This document shows, piece by piece, positions 50,330-64,000 of a stretch of 64,000 nucleotides of DNA (position 1 is the stretch's first letter; the number at the start of each line of letters is the position of its first letter). A program made the translations under genes and the position numbers. Below the pieces are notes generated by a model. That model was not told the DNA's origin and made no database searches. It worked only from the letters and a program-made list of their open reading frames with translations. This DNA comes from the human T2T-CHM13v2.0 reference genome, Homo sapiens. The DNA is taken from the NCBI RefSeq assembly GCF_009914755.1, contig NC_060926.1; one strand, given 5' to 3'.

Positions 50330-51930
50330 TAAAGTATATATGCCTTTTAATCCCACAATTCCACTTCTAGAAGTCTGTCTTAAAGCAATACACATGGATC
50401 TATACACACACAGAGACTTAACTGTAAGCATGCTCATCATAGTGTTGTTTGTTACAGCAAAAACAGGAGAAACTTGCCCAGCACCAGGACCGGCTAAGCA
50501 CTCTATGGTAAAAAGCCCTCTGGGTTAAGGGAGAAAGCTGAACACACATACTTGCTTTTGTCCCCACACAAAATGACATGAAAATGACAATAAAGCAGAT
50601 TAAGAGAAAAAAGACATAAAACTCACCAAGAATGGAAGAGAAGACAGCATGTTGAAGCCTGGCAAGCTGAAGTGGAGGATGATTGAGCAGACTCGAGAAG
50701 AAGGCACTCAGCCAGCAGCGAGGAGCAGCTGGCACCAAGAGAGCCGTTCCCCAAAGCCCTGCAAACTGCTGGCCACCAACCCGTCTCCAGAAGCAGATAA
50801 AGAGACCCCATCTAGTAGAGTGGTTGAGTTTGCTGAATAAGCAGTTAGGTGTCCCTTCCTGACCCCAACAGAGAAGAGGGGTTTGGTCTCAGGGGAGGGA
50901 GAGGGTCTCTGGACAGCTATGTTCACAGCAGCTATATTCACAATGATCAAAAGCTGGCAATGGCCCAGATGCCCACCAGGAGACAAATGGGTAAACACAC
51001 TGTGGTGCATCCATACAAATCCTACTGAGCAAGCCAAAGGGACAAACTGCTGATCCATACAAGCACATGAATGAATCACAAAGCCACACCATGTCAAAGG
51101 AGCCAGATACAAGGACACATGCTGGATGCATGTACTGACAGAAGCTCTAGGAAAGACCAACCTAATCCAGAGTCATCAAAACCCCAGCAATGGTGCCAGG
51201 GGCCAGAGGGGCATGCGAGAACCTTTCCAAAGAGTGCATTCACTCAAATGTGGTGACGGTCATACAGCTGTGTATGACTGTCCAAACATACCAAACTGTA
51301 CACTGAGAAGGATTAACTTATAATATGTAAATCAGACCTCCATACAAGTGCTTATGGCATCTCACATTCCCATGGGTGAGAGCAGGAGGGGTGGAGCACT
51401 CACACACTGTCCGTGTCAGACAGTGCAACTTTGCAAGCCAGAGACACATCCCGCAACATCCAGCAATCCACTCCCAAAACTTCCCCTAGAAAAATGAAAA
51501 CACAGGTCCACGAAAGACTTGTAAAAAGTGTTCAATCTTATTCCTAGTAGCCAAAAATGGGAACTAATCCAAATCTTCATCAACTGGAGAAAGGATAAAT
51601 CATGATATGTCTCTATAAACATTACTCAGCAATCAAAAGGAAAAAACATGGATGAATCTCACAACATGCTGAGCTTTCCAAAGAAGCTGGAAACAGAACA
51701 GCACATAGAGCAATGATCCCGTTTATTCCCTAACAACAAAGAAATTTACCTACGGTGACGGAAATCAGAGGGGAGAGGGCGAAGAAAGCGTTCTGGGATG
51801 ATCAAAGTATTCCATGTTTTATTTGGAGTGGTGGTTCCATGGGCATGTACAACTGTCAAAACCCACCCAGTTGAGCACTTAATATGTGGGTGTTTTGTGC
51901 ATAAATTATACCTCAAGTTTGAAAAAATGA
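50330..51930 (+). mobile_element. Several degraded L1M 3' fragments
   Basis: caattccacttctag, atggtaaacacactgtggt, atggatgaatctcacaa, ataaattatacctcaa. Confidence 0.55.
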
Positions 51931-51949
51931 GCTGAGTATAAAGAATTTT

Positions 51950-52410
<461 letters not shown>

Positions 52411-54317
52411 TGTATATATATGTGCCTGGTCCATATATTTTGTTTTAATTTGAAAGGGAAAGAGAATGATTGGCCCCCTGGGAAATTCACTAGTCTGGGG
52501 CCTTTTGTTTGGGGTGCCAGTGCAATTCTGTGACATGGATATATTGCACAGTGGTGAAGTCTGGGCTTTTTCACCTAAATACTGCACACTGTATCAATTA
52601 AGCAACACGAAGCCTTCAACATCAGCCTTCTCATACTCCCCTGCATGCCCTTTCATGGTCTCACGGTGGGAGGTGCTGTGGCTGAGATCTGCAGCAGACC
52701 AAACAACAGGTGGTCCTGTCCTATGCAGCAAAGCGGGTGCTCACACCCAGATTTGTCTGCATCCAGAGTCCTGACCCTTCTACCCAAACCAAGCAACTCC
52801 CAACCTCAGCTAGTCTCCATTTGAAGAAAGAAAAGATTCCTCCAGGGCTCCCTGTATTTTGAAATTCGCTCACCGCTATGTTAACCGTAAATAGAAACAC
52901 TGCCAAAATTTGAATACAACAACTTTTTAATACTGGTGCTTGGCCAAAGGAAAGCAGAATACGCAGATTTTCCATTAGGATTTGGAAAAGCAAGTTTCAA
53001 GACAAGAGCAGTTACAGAGTTTCCTTCTCTGGCTGCTCATCTCCTCGTCTTTAAGAAGGCTAAAAAAGGAAAGTGAAAAGGAAAGCTTCACAGGTGTACA
53101 CAGGTTAAAACTCATCAAACTGAAGCTTTAAATCTGTACACTTAGTTGTATGCCAATTACGCCACAACGAGGTTGTATAACATTTTCTTTAATTATAAAG
53201 AAAAAGGTAGTGTGAATGCCATCAAAGAATTATAAAGGAAAAGGTAGTGTGTCCGGCCATGTACTGATACTCCCAGGAGACCCGGGACAGTCCAATTCCC
53301 CCTAAGTGACTAGCTAACTCAGGGAAGAAATGCAAAAAGGAAGCATGGTGTGTGGCGGGCACACATGTGACTAGTGAATGGTGACTGGGGCATTGTACCA
53401 ACACAGAGAGGCTATTCACCATCAACATGGGGCCATGCCCTGTCACAGCGGAGATGATCAGGACAGATCCAGCCCTCTCCATAAGGTGCTTGGCTTCAGG
53501 GGGAAAAGAAATCACAGGAAAACAAACCACCAACATAGCAGCATTTTATGCAGTCTTGGCAAGCAATGAGGAGTCAGCTCAGAGAGGGGCAGGTGGGGCA
53601 AGGATGTCTCAAATGAAAGAAACTGTGGGGATGAGGGACGTCAAGGGTCATCTTGGATAGCTCCCTTCTCCCCAGCCACACCACCTCTTTCATTTCCCAC
53701 CACCATGCAGCAGCCAGACACCAGCGGGTACCTTCAGCTGTACCTAAAGGAGACACTGCCGAATGGGATCCCCACTGTACGGCTTAATCCCAGTTTTCTG
53801 CCTCATATTTCCACTAGCCTGAAAAGAGATCCTCCCAGGAGTCACCAAACTCTTATCTGACCAAGATGATATTTTTTTTATAAAAATGTCAAAACATAGA
53901 GCTAACCTCTGTGTGTCACATCCTGAGAACAGATGCTAGACTTCAAAGTTGGGAATCTCATTCCAAACTTCCAACAGTTTAAACGAACAAACCCACAGGG
54001 TTCCCTTTCTTCATACAATTAAAAACATTCATGACAGATAACTGGAAATATGAACACTGATTACAATCTCAGTAGTGATAAAAAAATTTTTTAGGTGTGA
54101 CAATGACACAGTTCTAATTTATCTTTTAAAGATAATATTTAAAAAGCTGATGAATATAATGTCTGAGATTTGCTTCAAAATAATACAGAGGAAAGTGGCA
54201 GGGGCCCAGATGAAAAAGATCAGCCATAAGGTGGTAACTGCTAAAGCCAGGTGATGTGTAGGTGGGAAGTATATTCCCATGTACTTGTGCTTAAGCCAGG
54301 TGATGTGTGAGCAGGAA

Positions 54318-54613
54318 TTTTTTTTTTTGGATGGAGTCTCGCTGTCTCGCTCTGTCACCCAGGCTGGAGTGCTGACACCATCTTGGCTCACTGCAACCTC
54401 CACCTCCCAGGTTTAAGAGATTCTTCTGCCTCAGCCTCTCAAGTAGCTGGGACTACAGGCGTGCACCACCACACCCAGCTAATTTTTGTATTTTTAGTAG
54501 AGATGGGGTTTCACCATATTGGCCAGGCTGGTGTCGAACTCCCAACCTCGTGATCCGCCTGCCTTGGCCTCCCGAAGTGCTGGGATTACAAGCGTGAGCC
54601 ACCGCGCCCGGCC
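54318..54613 (-). mobile_element. Alu (S-type) inserted in a 49-bp tandem repeat
   Basis: Antisense dimer; TSD gtgag(c/t)aggaat. Confidence 0.93.
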
Positions 54614-55061
54614 GTGAGTAGGAATATTCCCATGTACTTGTGCTAAAGCAAGGCAATGTGTGAGTGGGAATTATGTTCCCATGTATTTCTGTAAATATCT
54701 GAAACGTTTCCTAATCACTCTTTTGAAGTCAAAGTATTAAAAAATACAAGGAAGACTGCTACAGATTGAAAGAGATAAGAGACATAAATTCAACTTTATA
54801 AAAAATTCACTATGTGATGCTGAGTACATTATTCTGATTCCAAACGTTTTTTAAAACTTAGGGGGTAACTGGGCAAATGTAAATAGGAGCTACTTTTAAA
54901 ATTAGAGACCTGCTGTTTCTAAGTGTGGACAGGCAAAAGCACACCTCACTCATGTTAGGGAGGGCTACACTCAAGTCCATTGGACAAGACACAAAGGATT
55001 CTGAATTGATTCCACAAGAATAAAAGAAAAACCACACAACACTCATCCTTACATAAGGTAA

Positions 55062-56214
<1,153 letters not shown>

Positions 56215-56593
56215 TTAAACTATGCCACTGGACATGTTCAATATATACAGCCAATGTGCAACAAGAAGTTACAGTTCTATCTGATAAACTGATTCACTAA
56301 AGAAAGAATGAGAAGAAAAAGGAAAAGCTGTTAAAAGAAGTCAAAACAAGCAATAAACCCACGACCTACATCCATCAACATTGCTAATAAGAAAGTCCTT
56401 GACCTTTTTATCACTCTTCAAACTGCAGAAAGAGCTCAGAGTGAAGAGAAGATGCAAGCTGCCAACCCAAACAAACCTCTAATACAGAGTATAAAACCAA
56501 AGTGAGGAAAATCTGAGAACACCTCTCTCCAAAGAGGGAGTCTCTCAGCCACAAGTGCTCATCTGGCCCACCACAGCCACTGAAAAAAGGTGA

Positions 56594-57070
<477 letters not shown>

Positions 57071-57365
57071 TAGGCGTTGCTGAAGCAAAAGGAGCGACTG
57101 CTCCAAGGAAGCATGCATATGCAACTCAGCATGCAATGCATGGGATGCTAAACTTGTACATTTCACACATGCACATTTTACTTAAAAACAAAACCAAAAA
57201 GGAACTAAACAAATAATGATGTGCATGCTCAAGTTATTGAGGTAAGATATACTGAGGACCACAACTTACTCTGAAATGAAACCCATCAAAAAATAAGATG
57301 GACTGAAGGATGGATGGAGTAATGTGTATGTGATACAAGTAAAATGTTACTTGTAAAAGTTGACG

Positions 57366-57551
57366 TTAAAAAGTTTAATCGTAGAATCTTAGCAGTCCAT
57401 ATATAGGTGATCACTGTGAAGTTTCTGCAACTTTTCTGTGACATCTGAAATTTTTTAAATTTAAAAAATTTAATCGTAGAATCTTAGCAGTCCATATATA
57501 GGTGATCACTGTGAAATTTCTGCAACTTTTCTGTGACATCTGAAATTTTTT
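57366..57551. repeat. Tandem duplication, period 95 bp, two near-identical copies in an L1M 3' end
   Basis: tttaatcgtagaatcttagcagtcc… starts at 57374 and at 57469. Confidence 0.93.
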
Positions 57552-57784
57552 ACAATAAAATGTTGAAAAAAGTCACCAACGATTTCTAATCACAACAATG
57601 GTTTTTAATATATATTATCTTACTGTTTATTCTTATGACTGTGAGGCTACGTTCTAATGCTCACCAGAAAACTTTTGGTCTTTGGTTTAGGCACGAATAT
57701 TACACCATTTTCTAGCCAGCACTTAAGACAAGTGCATTTCAAGTAAGGCAAACAGGTCTCCCTATCAATTTAAGACTTAGTGTG

Positions 57785-58085
57785 GGGCCAAGAGCTATGG
57801 TGCACACCTGTAATCCCAACACTTTAGAAGGCCAAGATGGGAGGATAACTTGATTCCAAGAGTTCTGAGACTGGCCTGAGCAGCATAGCGAGACCTTGTC
57901 TCTACAAAATAAAAATTAGCAAGGCATGGTGGGGTGTACCTGTAGTCTCAGCGATTTAGGAGGCCAAGGCAGGAGGATCGCTCATTGAGCACAGCAATTC
58001 TGGGTTACAGTGAGCTATGATTGTGCAACCACACTCCAGCCTGGGCGACTGAGCAAGACCCTGTCTCTAAAAACTAATAATAATA
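57785..58085 (+). mobile_element. Alu (J-type, diverged)
   Basis: Diverged sense dimer. Confidence 0.85.
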
Positions 58086-59796
58086 ATTTTAAAAATTTAA
58101 AACACTAAGTAAAAAAATTTTTTTAATTAAAAATAGACAGTGTGTGCTTGCCACCTTTTTTTTTTCATTCAGCACTAAGTCCACCATATCCCTCCATAGT
58201 AACTCAACAGGAACTTCACAAACTTTAAATAAATACACACAATTACCTCATCGTACCCAAAAATATACACTGCCTCCCTGAAATATCAAATTCATTCAGT
58301 GCTAGGTCTTTCCAAAACAACAGCTTTTCAGATTCTCCCTCCCCAGGAAGCCCATCTGTACTGATGCAACCCAGGCGGCGCAGACAACAGACGCTCCCTC
58401 CTTCCACTTCACCAGACCTGTGAGTGACCCTGGCTGTGCCCTCAGGGAAGAGGACATGCACAGGGTCACTGATTTTAGAATGCCAACTGTTCGGGAACCA
58501 GAAACTTTTTATTTAAATAGGTCATTTTTTTTTTCAAAAGTACTGTGTACCACGCGGATTTTTTTATAATAATTTTTTGAGTAAAAAAAGACATTTATTT
58601 AGAAAATTTAAAAAATTCAGAAGCCTGAAGTACATGTGAGGAGAGAAGATCTGTGCCAAAACACAGCATCATGAAATTTCTGAACACTGGAGGCAAAAAT
58701 CCTACAGAATAGCAAAGAAAAACCAAGGTTACACTCAATCAGGCACCAACAAGGTACCCCAATTCTCAGCAACAGTGGTGGAAGCTGGAAAGCCATTGAG
58801 CAAACACCCGAATATTCTGGGGGGAAATAACTGCTCTCTAGAATTCTGTATCCAGACAACCATCAACGAAGTGTGCGTGCAGAATAAAATGTTTTCAGAC
58901 ATGGAAAATCTCAAAATTGTGACTTTTCCATACTCTCCCAGGTGGTTACTGAAGAAAATCCCCCGCCAAAACCAGAGTAAACGAGGAAAAAAGAAAAGAA
59001 CTCAGGCAGAAGGGAAAGGCAAAAGCAAGCCCTGGGATGATGAGAACAGTGACCCCCCCAGGGTCTGGCCCAGAGGACAACCAGTCCAGATAAGAGAGAG
59101 GAAGGGAGGGCTTCAGAGATCACCAGGAAAACAACACACAAGTATCTGAAATTGCTAAGAAGAGATCTCAACACATCGGGGGTAGCTGGAGGTTTAATTA
59201 ATGCTATGGTCACAGAAACCTAATCAAAGACACCAGATAAGTACAGTATTAATTCCAGGGACACCGCAGTAGATGCAGAAGAAACTGCAACAGGGCACAG
59301 GACAACAGGATCGCCGCACAGAGGACACAGCCGTGAACAGTGCTGATGCGGCCACAATAATAGAACTGTGAAGGAAGGTCGGGGCAGCAAAGTGAGAAGT
59401 CAGTAAAGCAGTGCCACTTTACAAAAACAAACAAAAAAAGAAGCAGGGAACAGCAGAAACATGTCATGTGGAAGCACGGAAGGCACGAGCAAAAGCAGCT
59501 TTAAAGAGTTAAAGAGCTGGAGTTTGCCCATGGGGAGTGAAATGTGGGGGCTCCCACAAGGGAGCAGGCAACTGCTATTGTTCATTTTTAAAAGCCTTGT
59601 GGAGCACTGCAATCTTTTACCTCTATGAATGTAAACCTTTAAGAGGGAAAGAAACAGGCTCCACAAGACCTCACAGACTATTAATATTCCAAAGGCTATT
59701 CTCTCCCCCTCGGCTGCCATGCATGAAGTTTAATTTTTAAACAAACCAAGGGTTTCATTTTATGGCTATAATTCTGAGTTCAAAAAGAAAAGAAAC

Positions 59797-60764
59797 GCCG
59801 GGCATGGGGGCTCATGTCTGTAATCCCAGCACTTTGGGAGGCTTAGGTGGGCGGGATCGCCTGAGGTCAGGAGTTCAAGACCAGCCTGACACACATGGAG
59901 AAACCCCGTCTCTACTAACAATACAAAAATTAGCCGGCGTGGTGGAGAGCGCCTGTAATTCCAGCTTCTCAGGAGGCTGAGGCAGGAGAATCGCTTGAAC
60001 CCAGGTGGCAAGGCTTGCAGTGAGCTGAGATCGCACTACTGCACTCCAGCCTGGGCAACAGAGCGAGACTCCAGCTCAAAAAAAAAAGAAAAAAAGAAAA
60101 AAAAAAAAAAGAAAAGAAAGCTCTACTGTAAACCATTTTCACTTATCATTAAATATTCTCCATAAACAAGTACCAAAACCAGATAAACACTGTGTGATAA
60201 ACAGTTTAATTAAACCATCACTTCGTAATTAAATGCATGTGTACCTGTACATAAATGTTTGCACATCCAATTATTGCCCTTAGAATACATTCCTAGAAGT
60301 GGGTCGAAAGGGTTCATTTTTAAGCTTCTAACATACACCACCAAACTGCCCTCCAAAGAAGTTTCTCCAATTTACCCTCCACCCAGCCATACACACCAAT
60401 GACCATGGAAGCTATTTCATCACTCCATCACTCTTTGCAACATTTGTATCTTTTTTTTTTTTTTTTTTGAGACTGAGTGGAGTCTCGCTCTGTCGCCCAG
60501 GCTGGAGTGCAGTGGTGCGATCTCGATCTCGACTCACTCACTGCAAGCTCCGCCTCCCAGGTTCATGCCATTCTTCTGCCTCAACCTCCCGAGTAGCTGG
60601 GACTACAGGCGCCCACCACCACACCCGGCTAATTTTCTGTATTTTTAGTAGAGACGGGGTTTCACCGTGTTAGCCAGGATGGTCTCGATCTCCTGACCTC
60701 GTGATCCGTCCGCCTCGGCCTCCCAAAGTGCTGGGATTACAGGCATGAGCCATTGCACCCGGCC
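59797..60764. mobile_element. Alu plus (59797-60120) and AluY-like minus (60449-60764)
   Basis: Alu consensus matches, tail-to-tail. Confidence 0.93.
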
Positions 60765-61137
60765 TAAATTTGTACCTTTTAAAAATAAGTGCTAATGTAA
60801 TAAATATCTAAACAACCTTGTGTGTAGAGCTTATTACAAAGAACAGACTGTTTTGACAATTTCAGATCATCATTACCAATATTAGTTACAGGTACTTGTG
60901 ACTCTAAGTAGGACCAGAACAGAGGCCTCAATGTGCTGGCCCAGCTGACATCTATGCCTGATCGTAGGCTTGGGGCTGAAATCCTCCCATAAGAAATCAA
61001 GGAGTTATTTATTCATTATTCCAATGCCAAGGGTGAAGTTAAACAACTTTCCCAGGGAGTGACACAGTCAGGAGTATAATCCACATCTAGCTAACTCCAC
61101 AATTCAAAGCTCTGATTCCAAAAATGGACAGCCCAGT

Positions 61138-61470
61138 TGTATTAGTTCATTCTCATACTACTAATAAAGAAATACCCGAGACTGGGTAATTTATAAAGGA
61201 AAGAGGTTTAATGGACTCACAGTTACACATGGCTGGGGAGGCCTCACAATCATGGTGGAAGGCAAAGGAAGAGCAAACGTGTGCAGGGGAACTGCCCTTT
61301 ATAAAACCATCAGATCTCGTGAGACTTATTCACTATCATGGGAACAGCACAGGAAAAATCCACCCCCATGATTCAATTACCTCCCACCAGGTCCCTCCAG
61401 TGACATGTGGGGATTACAGGAGCTACAATTCAAGATGAGATTTGGGTGGGGACACAGCCAAACCATATCA
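61138..61470 (-). mobile_element. MaLR LTR (THE1/MST family)
   Basis: tgtattagttcattctca…atacccgagactgggtaatttataaagg…gacacagccaaaccatatca. Confidence 0.85.
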
Positions 61471-61748
61471 CCACCACTCTTGATGTGTGCATACACAGCC
61501 TTGTTCAGGAGGACAAAATGAATGACACCTTCTCCATTCCCAGATTCTGAAAAACAGAATTCTTCAGCAAAAGACATCTCATCACAAGGGTCTCGGAATC
61601 CTCTTATATCACAATTGGAAGAGGGCTAAGAAATACGTGGCATTTGGATTACAAAAGTGCTCTGGAAGTCAGACTCCGCATATACAGCGTTGAAACCACA
61701 AGTCAGCATTGGGTGCAAACTGAACGGCAAGATCAAGAAAGCAGCAGG

Positions 61749-64000
<2,252 letters not shown>

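Overview
This is primate (human-like) genomic DNA that I recognise as the ARHGEF4 (Asef) / SMIM39 / FAM168B locus, human 2q21.1 from established knowledge. On the + strand, 11 GT-AG exons (6015-40482) join in phase to 1860 nt, i.e. a 619-aa Asef with APC-binding region, SH3, DH, PH and C-terminal domains; the polyA signal is at 41527. A CpG island at about 29.0-29.9 kb, inside an ARHGEF4 intron, carries a 56-codon single-TM microprotein ORF (SMIM39, 29408-29578). A consensus splice donor follows 26 nt after its stop, which suggests a bicistronic SMIM39 + N-truncated Asef mRNA; this is the most interesting system in the window. On the - strand lie the last three coding exons and the ~4.6 kb 3'UTR exon of FAM168B, convergent with ARHGEF4 and ending about 600 bp away. 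The rest is intronic and repeat-rich: ~27 Alus, a 5'-inverted L1PA, old L1M/L2/MIR/MER/MaLR fragments, a higher-order 29/31-bp VNTR, several local direct duplications and a 164-bp non-Alu inverted repeat. Repeat subfamily calls and boundaries were made by eye and are approximate.
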